DNA of 46,023 bases. It comes from a virus. Below the pieces are notes generated by a model. The model had not been told where the DNA came from and did no database searches. It was given only the letters and a program-made list of their open reading frames with translations. The position numbers and the translations under genes are program-made. The DNA lies in the IMG/VR virus record IMGVR_UViG_3300014493_000001; one strand, given 5' to 3'. The stretch's first letter is position 1; the number at the start of each line of letters is the position of its first letter. Shown piece by piece: positions 34,178 to 43,637 of this stretch.

Positions 34178-35028
34178 GCGCGATCCCTCCGATTCCGTCA
34201 GGCCTGAGTCTGGCGGATCTCATCCTCGCGATCAACGATCGGCTACGGAGGATTAACACAGCGGTGGCCGCGGCGAGCTCGCCGGCTACCGCGGCGGTAG
34301 TGAATCAGTCGACCGGGAACTCGGGCCCGGCCCCCGTGATCTCGCGCGTCTCGGCTCTGGACGCGTCGACGCTGGCAAACACTGCCCCTGACTACCAGAG
34401 GCAGTGGCAGGACCAGGCCGGAGCCCTGCACACCGTGGTCAGTGCCAACGTGCTGGGGACGAACCTGGCGGGCGCCACTGTGGGCGTGTGGCTGTTCAAC
34501 CCCTCCGAGCCGGCCGGCCTCTTTATGGGGGTTTTCGGACTCACGAGCAACGCCAATCAAATCTTCTTAGGGCTCCCAGGTAGCACCACCCAGAATATTC
34601 TCACCCCATTGGCCTCGACTGGCTGGTGGGTCCAGGTTGCGCTGGGGCAGTTCTTTGCCAACAACTACTCGCCGCCAAGCGGCTCCGTGGCCAGTGCCAC
34701 CTTCTATACGCTCGCGCCCCCCGCTTCGCAGACGCTGGTGTTTGAGCCTCTTCCGAGCCAGGTGCAGATGCAGGCAGTAATCAACAATGACGGCCTGATC
34801 GTGCTACTGACAGGGGGCCAGGCCCAGCTCACGATGGGGCAGAATGCACTCGGCGGGTACGAGGGCCAGTTGTATCTGCTGGGCCCCGGGAACTCCTCTT
34901 TGCGCCTAGTGCCGGAGTTTGCCAGTACGGCGAGCCCCGGCGGCGGCACGCTGCCTTCGAACCCCACCGGATTCCTGGCCGGCTATTTCAACGGGACCAA
35001 GGTCAAGTTCCCGTTCTACAACGTGTAG
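34174..35028 (+). CDS. Fibre-like/structural protein
   Basis: 284 aa with an ATGA overlap. Ser/Thr/Gly/Asn-rich. Confidence 0.6.
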   Translation: MSAIPPIPSGLSLADLILAINDRLRRINTAVAAASSPATAAVVNQSTGNSGPAPVISRVSALDASTLANTAPDYQRQWQDQAGALHTVVSANVLGTNLAGATVGVWLFNPSEPAGLFMGVFGLTSNANQIFLGLPGSTTQNILTPLASTGWWVQVALGQFFANNYSPPSGSVASATFYTLAPPASQTLVFEPLPSQVQMQAVINNDGLIVLLTGGQAQLTMGQNALGGYEGQLYLLGPGNSSLRLVPEFASTASPGGGTLPSNPTGFLAGYFNGTKVKFPFYNV

Positions 35029-35045
35029 GGGGCGAAAAGCCCGGT

Positions 35046-35876
35046 ATGCCCATCGAAATAATCGAGCCGTTCCCCCCTTACGCCTGGCCCATGGCTTGGG
35101 CCTGGCTCGAAAAACACCGGCACATGGTATGCGACGACTTTTCGCCGAAGACGCCGGAAGAATTTGTCGAATTACACAGTAGGGTGGCAGGGTCCTGGCG
35201 GACTTTCGCGGCGCTGAAAGACGGGCAGATCGGAGGGGCTCTGCTCTTTGAGATTTCCGGAGCGATGGCTATCATGCACGTTTTGTATAGCCGGCGATTC
35301 TGGGATCATCGCAGCGCGGCTGAGGCATCGCGTCAGGCCTGCCGCCGAATTTTTGAGTCGACTGGGGTAGTCAAGATTTTGGGCCTGGTTCCGGAACACA
35401 ACCGGCTCGCGCTGGCTTTAGCGCTGCGCGGCGGCGGCAAGGTGGAGGGGCTTCTGCGGCACCACACCACCGTCGACGGCAAGCCGGTGAACGCGGTGGC
35501 GGTGGGGATCACGAGGGAGGAATTCGATGGGATACGCGATGGGCAGCAGCACGCAAAACGACACGCTAACGAACGCGACGCAGAACTCGGCGGGCTCGAA
35601 CACGAACTCGTACAGCACGGCCCAGTCGAGCCTCCAAAACCAGCTGATGCAGGCATTCGCGTCGATGCTGCCGGCGACGGCGAACGGGGGACTCTCCCCG
35701 AATGTGCAGAACATGGAGACGGCCAACGCCAACCAGATCAACGAAAACTCGCAAAGCGTGGGCACGCAGATGAACCGGTACCTGGCGGCCAGAGGATTCG
35801 GAAAGTCGGGAACCATGGGAGAAGCGGCCGAGCAAACCCAACTCGGCCGCGCAAGCGCGCTGGGAGCAAACGCTAG
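35046..35876 (+). CDS. GNAT-like acetyltransferase domain ORF with a long out-of-frame overlap
   Basis: The first ~160 aa resemble RimL-type GNATs (KDGQIGGALLFE..., GLVPEHNRLALALALRGGGKVEGLLRHHTTVDGKPVNAVAVGITREEF). No stop occurs until 35876, and the Arg-rich tail overlaps 35527..36066 in another frame. Confidence 0.45.
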   Translation: MPIEIIEPFPPYAWPMAWAWLEKHRHMVCDDFSPKTPEEFVELHSRVAGSWRTFAALKDGQIGGALLFEISGAMAIMHVLYSRRFWDHRSAAEASRQACRRIFESTGVVKILGLVPEHNRLALALALRGGGKVEGLLRHHTTVDGKPVNAVAVGITREEFDGIRDGQQHAKRHANERDAELGGLEHELVQHGPVEPPKPADAGIRVDAAGDGERGTLPECAEHGDGQRQPDQRKLAKRGHADEPVPGGQRIRKVGNHGRSGRANPTRPRKRAGSKR

Positions 35877-36066
35877 TGCCGCCAGCGGCACTCAGCTGAG
35901 CTTCGATCAGAGCCTCCTGTCGGATTCGTTGGCGGCGGCCTTCACGTCGATGGGCAGCACGGCCACGGCGAACAGCCAGAATTATTCGAACGTCTACGGG
36001 ACGGGAAGCAGTTCGTCCGGCGGCGGCGGCCTCAATCTGACGTTCGGCGGAGGCGGAGGGGACTAA
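35527..36066 (+). CDS. Ser/Thr/Asn/Gln/Gly-rich internal virion-like protein
   Basis: ATG with GGGAGG 6 nt upstream. Low-complexity polar composition ending in GGGGLNLTFGGGGGD. Confidence 0.6.
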   Translation: MGYAMGSSTQNDTLTNATQNSAGSNTNSYSTAQSSLQNQLMQAFASMLPATANGGLSPNVQNMETANANQINENSQSVGTQMNRYLAARGFGKSGTMGEAAEQTQLGRASALGANASAASGTQLSFDQSLLSDSLAAAFTSMGSTATANSQNYSNVYGTGSSSSGGGGLNLTFGGGGGD

Positions 36067-36067
36067 C

Positions 36068-37582
36068 ATGGGCGGCTGGCAGGCAACGCTCGGGAGCCCG
36101 GGACAGGGCGGGGTCAGCATCAACCTGGCGCAGAATCTGCGGACGGCCGCGGCGCAACAGGCGAAGCTGGCCGCCCAGCAACAGCAGCAGGACTTCCAGG
36201 ACGAGCTCGAGCTGCGCAAAGCTGGCGCGGTGCCGTACGAGCCGCTGAAGGCTCAACCTAATGCGGATCCACATTCGCTCACCCGCCGCAGCCCGAACCC
36301 CGCACAGCAGGATATCGATCGCAGCCGGATCGTCACCATGCGGGACGGCCGCCAGTGGGTGATGCCGGATAAATCGCAGCTCACTCCCGAGCAGCAGAAC
36401 ACCCAGCAGCACCAGAGCACCGGCGACTTACTCAGCGCGCTGAGGGAAGGCGCGCGGCCGGTCTCGCCGAGCGCGATGGATCCGGCAGGCACCGTGCAGC
36501 AGAATGGCGATATTCCCCGCATGTTGGAGACGGCGGATCCGAACGATCCGAACGCACAGAGTCAGCTGGTACCGGAGGCGCGGTCCGGGGTAAATCTCCC
36601 GGTGTCGGATCAGCCGGGGACGGCATTCTCCGCGGGCGGCAAGCAATTGTACATGCCGACCGACGCGGAGAAATCGGAGCAAGCGCTCCGCGAGAAGACG
36701 AGCCAGGCCTCGGCGATGCAGGACGCGGAGGGATGGGTGCTGCCCGATTCGCTCGCGCGCGCCGCGGCGAAGCATGCGGGACTGCCGGAGGATGCTCTCA
36801 TTGGGGTCAAGCTGCCGCACGAGACAGTTTCGGAGGCGTTCAAGTCGGCCAGCGGTCCGGAGAAACAGGACACACAGAATCCGCTGCCTGGGTATGTGGG
36901 GCCGAAAGGCGGCCCCCTGGTGCGCGATACGAAGACCGGGAAGGTGAACGAGCTCGATCTGCCGGCGGGATCGAAGCCCGCCCTGACGGAAGAGCAGAAG
37001 GCGCGCAAGAGTGAGTTCGATACCGCCGAGGCGGAGCGGAGGGCGAACCGCGATGGACGCGAATCCGACAGAATCGACCGCGCGACGGAAGCCCTGCAAA
37101 CCAAGGTCGACAAGTCGAAGACCGACGAGGACCAGTATCGCCAGCTGGCGGACTCCTACAACTCTGCGGTGGGAGTCGCCAACGGGGAAAAGTATATCGA
37201 CCCGATGGATAAGACCCGGACGCCGAAGATCATGACCCCGGAGAAACGCACCGCCATGGCACAGGCCTACATGCGGTACAAGACCAAGGCCGACGATTTG
37301 GCGAAGCAAGGGGCGGATTACTCGAAACAGATTGAGTCTCGCCAGGCGAAGCGGACCCCGCAGGGACAACAGGCCCCGGCCCCAGCTGGCGGACCGCCGA
37401 CTCGCGCCGGACAGACTCCTGGCCCTACCGCCGCGCCTGGTCAGGGAGCACAGCGGCAACCTACCAGCGTTTCCTCAAGACCGATCGGTATCAACCGGAA
37501 GCTACCGCCGTCTCAGGGAGACCGGGAGCACCACCAGGGGCGGGATTACGTTTTCAACGGCAAGGTGTGGGTGGGGCAATAA
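36068..37582 (+). CDS. Gln/Lys/Pro-rich internal virion-like protein
   Basis: 504 aa, starting 2 nt after the upstream stop. Confidence 0.6.
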   Translation: MGGWQATLGSPGQGGVSINLAQNLRTAAAQQAKLAAQQQQQDFQDELELRKAGAVPYEPLKAQPNADPHSLTRRSPNPAQQDIDRSRIVTMRDGRQWVMPDKSQLTPEQQNTQQHQSTGDLLSALREGARPVSPSAMDPAGTVQQNGDIPRMLETADPNDPNAQSQLVPEARSGVNLPVSDQPGTAFSAGGKQLYMPTDAEKSEQALREKTSQASAMQDAEGWVLPDSLARAAAKHAGLPEDALIGVKLPHETVSEAFKSASGPEKQDTQNPLPGYVGPKGGPLVRDTKTGKVNELDLPAGSKPALTEEQKARKSEFDTAEAERRANRDGRESDRIDRATEALQTKVDKSKTDEDQYRQLADSYNSAVGVANGEKYIDPMDKTRTPKIMTPEKRTAMAQAYMRYKTKADDLAKQGADYSKQIESRQAKRTPQGQQAPAPAGGPPTRAGQTPGPTAAPGQGAQRQPTSVSSRPIGINRKLPPSQGDREHHQGRDYVFNGKVWVGQ

Positions 37583-37595
37583 GTCGAATTACCCC
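37583..37595 (+). promoter_or_regulatory. GTCGAATTACCCC box (copy e)
   Basis: Ends 4 nt before ATG 37600. Confidence 0.4.
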
Positions 37596-37599
37596 ATAG

Positions 37600-40500
37600 A
37601 TGGGGCCCGACACTTTACCGGCGGATTTCTTCGATCAACAACAGCAGGTCGCGAGCTCCGCACCTCCGGATACTCTGCCGGCGGACTTCGACTTTACGGC
37701 CAAACCTGCAACTCCAACTCCTGGGGCGAAGACGACAATCGGGGCAGCTCCGCCCGCACAAGCACCGCTCAAACCTTCTCAGCAACTCCCACAGCCCAAC
37801 CAGGTCGTACAGGATGCCACCCAGCACGCCAGGGTGATCGCAGAGGCAGCCACGAGGCCGCCGGACCAGACCATCGGGGCATATCACCCCGGAGTCTTAG
37901 AGCGCCTCTGGGCGCCGATCCGCGAGGGTGCCTTCGGGCGCGCTACTCACATGAGCAGCGAAACCGCCGGCGCGCGCGAGGAAGATCCCAGCAATCCCCT
38001 GCTGAAGCTCGATGCCGCGGCTCCGGACGTGGGGCCCGGTGTAACCAAGGCGGCGCTGCAATTCGGCAGCGGATTGACGACGCCGGAGAATCTCCTGCTG
38101 ATGGCAGGTACCGGAGGATTGGGGGCTCTGGAGAAGCAACTCGGCAAGAGCCTGGTAACACGGCTGGTATCGGCCGGCTTTTCGGGGCAGATGTTAAAAA
38201 GTGCCTACGACCAGGTGCCAGCGTTGCGCGAGCACTGGAACAAACAGGACTGGCCCAACGTTCGTGCAGACTTAACTCGTATCACGCTGTCGGGCGGTAT
38301 GGCAGGACTTGCGGCGACGCACGCGGCGAAAGGACCCAAGGAGACCACCAATGTTCCCACCGAAGAAAAGCCCGGCCAGAGCGCCGAGCATGAAGCGGCC
38401 AGCCCCCAAGCGCGGCCAATCGCAGCCGCCGGGCAGCCTGCTCGACCGGCTGAACGCGGCAACCAACCGGCCGCGGTCGATGCCGGTACCGCAGGCCATC
38501 CCGCCGCGCAAACGGAGGTAACCCATGCGGGTGACGACGCTCGTAATCAGGGCGCACCAGGCCCAGCTCCGCGAGGTAGAGCAACTGGTGGGACGCCACC
38601 GGCTGTACGAGAAGGGGACGGACAGCAGCCGATACCTGGACTACCGCGACCGGGCGGAGGCGGACCTGGCGATGGTGAACCTCAATCTCATCCCGGGAGT
38701 GTCGGTGAGAATACTCGGAGAGTGACGGGGTCGGCGGACCTGCCTCTCACCAAGCAAGGAGAGAGGCACGCCGCCAAGATCGACGTCGATCCGGACACGC
38801 AAGTCTTCCACGCGCCGAATCGGCGGAGCGAACAGACCGGGCAGATCGCCAGCGATCGGGCCAAGCCGGCCGCATGGCTGGAACCGTGGAGGCTGGGAGA
38901 GCACGAAGGCAAGCCCCTCCCAGGTGCGCAGCCGATCATCGACGATTTGATGCGCAACCCCGACAAGAAACCGGGGGTCAGTCCGCACTCAGGAGAGGCG
39001 GGGGAATCGTTCCGGACCGCGCGCGATCGCCTGATTACCGGGGCGGCACGGCAGCGCGCCGGCATCGAACCGGGCGATAAGGTTTTGAATGTGACGTCGG
39101 GGCGTGCGATCGCGATCGCCGGCGGACATCCGGAGCAGGAAATCGCGACGGGTCAATTATACCAATGGACTCCGCAGGGCATGAAAGCGGTGGAGGCCGT
39201 CGAGCCGGGTAAGCAGCATTTCATCACGCACGAAGATACGATTTGGAACCCGAGCCCTGATAGTAGTGGCGACGGAAAAGGGCGAGGGATTGCACCCCGT
39301 GTCGTCGTGGGTGATGCTTCAATGGGGCCGCCGCCACCGCAGGAAAGTGTAACACCGCGCGGGCCGGGGTTCATCGGCAATATTCCCACGTCCGAGATCC
39401 ACGCCGACCCCGTGCGATTCCAATTCAAACAGAACGTAGGCCAGGGCGGCGCCGGCGAGACTTTCCGGGATGTGACGAAGTGGGACCCGGAGATGGGCGG
39501 CACGGTCTCGGTGTGGCTCGATCCGGCGGACGGGAAGACGTACGTGGTCAATGGGCATCACCGCCTCGAGATGGCGCAACGCCTGGGCGTTCCCGAGCTG
39601 AGCGTGCGGTACCTGAAAGCCGCGACGGCGCAGGAGGCGCGGCTCAAGGGCGCCATTATTAATATCGCCGAGGCCTCGCAGACGGCCAGCTCGATCGACG
39701 CGGCGAAGGTGTTTCGCGACTCCGGCATGACCGAGGAAGAGATCGCGGCCGATGGCCGGATCGCCATGAAAGGAAAGCTCGCGAAAGAAGGATTCGCGCT
39801 CTCGAAACTAGCGCAGCCCATCTTCGACGATGTAACTGCGGGCGAGCTCACGCCAGCGCGCGGCGCCGTAATTGGTGCGGGAGTTCCCAACCACGCGGAC
39901 CAGATTGCCTTGTACGACATCGTCCGCAAGATGGAGCGCGGAGGTAAGCGGCTTACAAACGATCAGCTCGAAGAGTTGATCCGGATGAACAGCCGGGCGC
40001 CGAAGATCACAGAGAGCACGGCGGACCAGGCGCAGGCCTCCATGTTCGGCGAAGAGGAGATGACGCGCTCACTGCTGCCGGAGAAGGCCATCGTTTCCGA
40101 CTATGTGCGGTCGCAGCTGAAAGCGGAGAGGAAACTTTTCGGGGCGGTGTCTTCCCAAGCGGCCGCGGAGCGTTTAGGGGAGGCCGGTAACGTTATCCAA
40201 ACCAGTACCAATGCGGCCAAAGCCGAGGGTGCAAATCAGGGCATTTCGCTGTACGATAAGCTGAGCACTTCAGCCGGACCGATCGATGGCATTCTCGACC
40301 GTGCAGCGCAGCGACTTGCCAATGGAGAAAACGCCAATGACGCCAAAGAGCAAGCCTACCGAGAGACCCGAGACTATCTCGCGCAGCAGATCCGTCAACT
40401 CTCCGGAATTCCGGAGGGAGATGCTCGACGAGTTAGTGGAAGCCTACCAGCAGGGGACAGTGAAGCTCGCGCCGGGCAACACGATCAAGCCCCGGTAGTC

Positions 40501-43341
40501 GAACCGCAGCCCGCGCCGGCCGCGGAATCCCCTAAGTCCGACCTCGAGCGCCAGGTCGAAGCCGCGCGCGCAGAGCATGACAAACTCGTCGAGGCAGCCA
40601 AAGCCCGCCTCAAAGCCAGAAAGAAGCGACTCGAGCGCGGCAGTTTCTCACAGCGGGACTCGGAAGCCGGCCAGGGACTCTTCAGCAAGCAGGATTTCGA
40701 CGACATGGTGCTGGTGGCGGGGGACTACATCCACCGCGCCGGCGATGCCTTCGTGGAATATGTCAAGGCCATGGTGGCAGAGTACGGCGACACTGTGCGC
40801 CCGCTACTGCGGAAAGCATACCTTGCGGCCAAGACGCGGGCGCAGGCGCAGGACGATCTTTTCGCGGAGCGGCCGGCGGCGCCGGAGCCCGGCGGATTCA
40901 CTCCGGAGGCGCTGCTGCACGATCGGCTTACCGCTCAGATGAAATCCGGCGGGCGGGTCAAGGCTTCGAAGTTGAAGGCGGCGCAGTCGCGGAGTCTGTT
41001 CGACGAGGAAGGGCCGGAGAGCGGCAACCTGTTCGCAGCCGAGGATCTGCCGCGGGCGGAGCGGGAGAGCTTGAGTCTGTTCGCAGGCGACGAGCGCGGG
41101 AGTTTTTCGTTCAAGGCGAAAAGCGGCGGCGGCGTGGCGGACTCATTTCTGCGGGCGGATCTCAAGGCGGTAAAGGAACTGAAGGCGAAGAGGGACGCGG
41201 GCCTGGCCGCGGTGAAGAAGGCGGCCGCCGATCCCGCGGAGAAGGCTTTCGGGCAGCGGCTGGTCGAATACTACACGGGCGAGCGTGACATGTGGGTCAC
41301 GCGCGTCAACCAGGTGCTCGATCGGCTCAAGGCCCTGGTGCCGGGAGCGGTGGAGCGGCAGGGCATCGCCATCTACCGTGATTTCAAGACACGGCCCGGC
41401 GAGCTGCAGCAGTGGCTCAACGGTACCCACGTCAATTTGCGGACGCTCAGCGGCGCCGATCTAAAGACTGCGATGGATCGGATCCAGGAGTTGCGGCCGG
41501 CAATCCTGCAGGCGCTGCACCCCACGAAACGTATGCTCGATGCGGATAAGGTGCTGACCACGATCGCTGAGGCGTCATTCGCCGAGGGGCATCGGTTGGG
41601 ATTCATCCCTCGAGAATTGAACTCGGAGCGGTACTTCACCCACCTGTTATTTCCGAAGGGCGAAGCGCCGGTGCCGGTGCCGATCGGAGAGCGAATGGGA
41701 AAGGCGCTCGGCGGCAAGATCGGTCGGGAGTACGCGTTCTCGGCGAGGCGCGAATATCCCACCGTGCTCGATGCGATCGCGGACAATGTGAAGCCGAAGA
41801 CCCTCGACCCGTTCGTAGCGTTTGCGATTCACGGCGACGCTTTCGCCACGGCGCGCGCGACTCACTTACTGATCGAGGCCCTGCGGCGTCCGGGAGTCGG
41901 AGGGTACGCCAACGGCGCCGCTAAATGGTTCGCCGGTTCGGACCGCCGGATTCCGGAGGGCTGGGTCGCGGCCGCGCGCCATTCTCGCTTGTTCTCACAG
42001 GATGGCGAGTATGTAGACCCAGTGACGGGAGAAAAGGTACTCGCGGAGCAGCAGCTCTATGTCCCCAAAGTTATCGACCAGGCTCTGCGGCCGATCACGG
42101 ATCCGGATTACATGAACCGGTTGCCGGGCTTCGCGCAATTGCGACACACGCAGGCATATCTGAAGGCCGTACAGTTGGGTCTCTCGTTCTTCCACGTGAC
42201 CACCGAGAACTATATGGCTCTGGCCAACATGGGGCCAAAGGGTTGGTGGCAAGGCCTACGTGCCGATCGCGATAGCGCCGACTTCCTGAAGGCGGAGCGG
42301 GAGTTCATCGGGCACGGCGGTACCACCTCGGTGCTCGGGCGCACGGTGGAAGCGTACAAAGCGCTCGAGCCCGGGCTGATTCCGACCTGGGGGGATATTT
42401 GGAAGAGCGCTCCGGTGGTGCGCGAGGTCGACCATCTCGCCGGCAAAATCACGGAATTCACTTTCGGCAAGATCCAGCGTCAGTTCAAGGTCACCGATTA
42501 CGGACTCCATAAGGCGGCCTGGCTGGCGGACCACCCGAACGCGACGCAGATGGAGACGCGGGCGGCCATGGGCTCGATCAGTAAAGAGATTAACGCGGTC
42601 TACGGTGGGCTGAACTGGGAGAATCTTGGGATCAACCACATGAGCGTCGAGGTCACGCGCGCGCTGTTATTGGCGCCCGATTGGACGATCAGTAACGTGT
42701 TCAATCTCAAGTACTCGTTCGAACGCGGTACAGAGGCTGGGAAGCTCGCGCGTATGTTCTGGATCCGCCAACTGGTGGGCGGGATCGCTCTGACGGAGGC
42801 CACTAGCCTAATGCTGGGCGGGAGACTGTCGAAGGATCCCACGCAGGTGTACATGGGGCACGACAAGGACGGAAAAGACATCTACCAGAACGTGTTTTTC
42901 AAGGGCGCCGGGGGCGACGTCGTCAACTTTGTGCACGACACGCTCGACTACGGCGGAGTGCAGGGGCCGATCCGGTTCATGGCTGGGAAGGGCGCCCCGT
43001 TCATCCGGACCGGGATGGAGCTGGCGAACAACGAGGACTTCCTGCACCGCGAGCTGATTCCGAAGGGCATGAATCCGGTGGCGTCGACGGCGCGCGGACT
43101 CTGGGAAGCGGCTAAAGGCGTCGCGCCCACTCCGCTCACTCTGACGAACTGGAAGGACATGCTGATCGGTCCGAAAGCGGATCAGTACAGTGTGCCGGAG
43201 TTTCTGACGGTTCCCTTCGCTGGAACGGCGCCGCGGCACGTCCCCTCAGGTGGCATGCGGATGAGACACGGCGAGCTCGAAGAGTACGAGCCGCCGGCGA
43301 ATCGGTCGATCTGGGATGAAATCGTTTCGGGCAAGCGCTAG
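37600..43341 (+). CDS. 1,913-aa polyvalent-type virion protein with a ParB/Srx domain and a degenerate histidine-phosphatase-like domain
   Basis: The ParB-like segment at 39382..39663 reads IPTSEIHADPVRFQFKQ...YVVNGHHRLEMAQRLGVPELSVRYL. The HP-like segment at 38716..39117 reads ADLPLTKQGERHA, FHAPNRRSEQTGQIA, LGEHEGKPL, GEAGESFRTARDRL, VTSGRAIAI. A large conserved-looking C-terminal region follows. Confidence 0.8.
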   Translation: MGPDTLPADFFDQQQQVASSAPPDTLPADFDFTAKPATPTPGAKTTIGAAPPAQAPLKPSQQLPQPNQVVQDATQHARVIAEAATRPPDQTIGAYHPGVLERLWAPIREGAFGRATHMSSETAGAREEDPSNPLLKLDAAAPDVGPGVTKAALQFGSGLTTPENLLLMAGTGGLGALEKQLGKSLVTRLVSAGFSGQMLKSAYDQVPALREHWNKQDWPNVRADLTRITLSGGMAGLAATHAAKGPKETTNVPTEEKPGQSAEHEAASPQARPIAAAGQPARPAERGNQPAAVDAGTAGHPAAQTEVTHAGDDARNQGAPGPAPRGRATGGTPPAVREGDGQQPIPGLPRPGGGGPGDGEPQSHPGSVGENTRRVTGSADLPLTKQGERHAAKIDVDPDTQVFHAPNRRSEQTGQIASDRAKPAAWLEPWRLGEHEGKPLPGAQPIIDDLMRNPDKKPGVSPHSGEAGESFRTARDRLITGAARQRAGIEPGDKVLNVTSGRAIAIAGGHPEQEIATGQLYQWTPQGMKAVEAVEPGKQHFITHEDTIWNPSPDSSGDGKGRGIAPRVVVGDASMGPPPPQESVTPRGPGFIGNIPTSEIHADPVRFQFKQNVGQGGAGETFRDVTKWDPEMGGTVSVWLDPADGKTYVVNGHHRLEMAQRLGVPELSVRYLKAATAQEARLKGAIINIAEASQTASSIDAAKVFRDSGMTEEEIAADGRIAMKGKLAKEGFALSKLAQPIFDDVTAGELTPARGAVIGAGVPNHADQIALYDIVRKMERGGKRLTNDQLEELIRMNSRAPKITESTADQAQASMFGEEEMTRSLLPEKAIVSDYVRSQLKAERKLFGAVSSQAAAERLGEAGNVIQTSTNAAKAEGANQGISLYDKLSTSAGPIDGILDRAAQRLANGENANDAKEQAYRETRDYLAQQIRQLSGIPEGDARRVSGSLPAGDSEARAGQHDQAPVVEPQPAPAAESPKSDLERQVEAARAEHDKLVEAAKARLKARKKRLERGSFSQRDSEAGQGLFSKQDFDDMVLVAGDYIHRAGDAFVEYVKAMVAEYGDTVRPLLRKAYLAAKTRAQAQDDLFAERPAAPEPGGFTPEALLHDRLTAQMKSGGRVKASKLKAAQSRSLFDEEGPESGNLFAAEDLPRAERESLSLFAGDERGSFSFKAKSGGGVADSFLRADLKAVKELKAKRDAGLAAVKKAAADPAEKAFGQRLVEYYTGERDMWVTRVNQVLDRLKALVPGAVERQGIAIYRDFKTRPGELQQWLNGTHVNLRTLSGADLKTAMDRIQELRPAILQALHPTKRMLDADKVLTTIAEASFAEGHRLGFIPRELNSERYFTHLLFPKGEAPVPVPIGERMGKALGGKIGREYAFSARREYPTVLDAIADNVKPKTLDPFVAFAIHGDAFATARATHLLIEALRRPGVGGYANGAAKWFAGSDRRIPEGWVAAARHSRLFSQDGEYVDPVTGEKVLAEQQLYVPKVIDQALRPITDPDYMNRLPGFAQLRHTQAYLKAVQLGLSFFHVTTENYMALANMGPKGWWQGLRADRDSADFLKAEREFIGHGGTTSVLGRTVEAYKALEPGLIPTWGDIWKSAPVVREVDHLAGKITEFTFGKIQRQFKVTDYGLHKAAWLADHPNATQMETRAAMGSISKEINAVYGGLNWENLGINHMSVEVTRALLLAPDWTISNVFNLKYSFERGTEAGKLARMFWIRQLVGGIALTEATSLMLGGRLSKDPTQVYMGHDKDGKDIYQNVFFKGAGGDVVNFVHDTLDYGGVQGPIRFMAGKGAPFIRTGMELANNEDFLHRELIPKGMNPVASTARGLWEAAKGVAPTPLTLTNWKDMLIGPKADQYSVPEFLTVPFAGTAPRHVPSGGMRMRHGELEEYEPPANRSIWDEIVSGKR

Positions 43342-43625
43342 TATTTCCCGCCGTGGGTGATCGCCGAGTTGGCATCCATGCGCGCCTCGCGGATCTTCCG
43401 TATGGCGACGGCGCGGTCGGGGCCTGGTGGGACGTCAGAAATGATCTGGCAGACGGCCTGGGCTAATACCTGGCGTACGCGGCTGCCCGCTTCGATTTGT
43501 TCCGGGGTCCACGCGTGGTAGTCGAAGGCATCGAACACCGCGGCTTCGACGGCTGGAGTGAGTGTTGTTGCGCGCGTGATGTCCACCTTGGGGACGGCAG
43601 GCTCGGAGAGTTGTTGTGGTGTCAT
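43338..43625 (-). CDS. Hypothetical small protein
   Basis: 95-aa ORF. The pattern FDYHAWTPEQ...VPPGPDRAVAIRKIREARMDANSAI recalls a small protein family I have seen in other phages, which is unverified. Confidence 0.6.
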   Translation of the reverse strand: MTPQQLSEPAVPKVDITRATTLTPAVEAAVFDAFDYHAWTPEQIEAGSRVRQVLAQAVCQIISDVPPGPDRAVAIRKIREARMDANSAITHGGKY

Positions 43626-43637
43626 GCCTTCAAGTAT

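Noticed and set aside
35500-35540. Programmed ribosomal frameshift joining the GNAT-like ORF to 35527..36066.
   Set aside because: There is no X XXY YYZ slippery heptamer or obvious downstream structure. The required shift is +1. It is listed only as one of several explanations.
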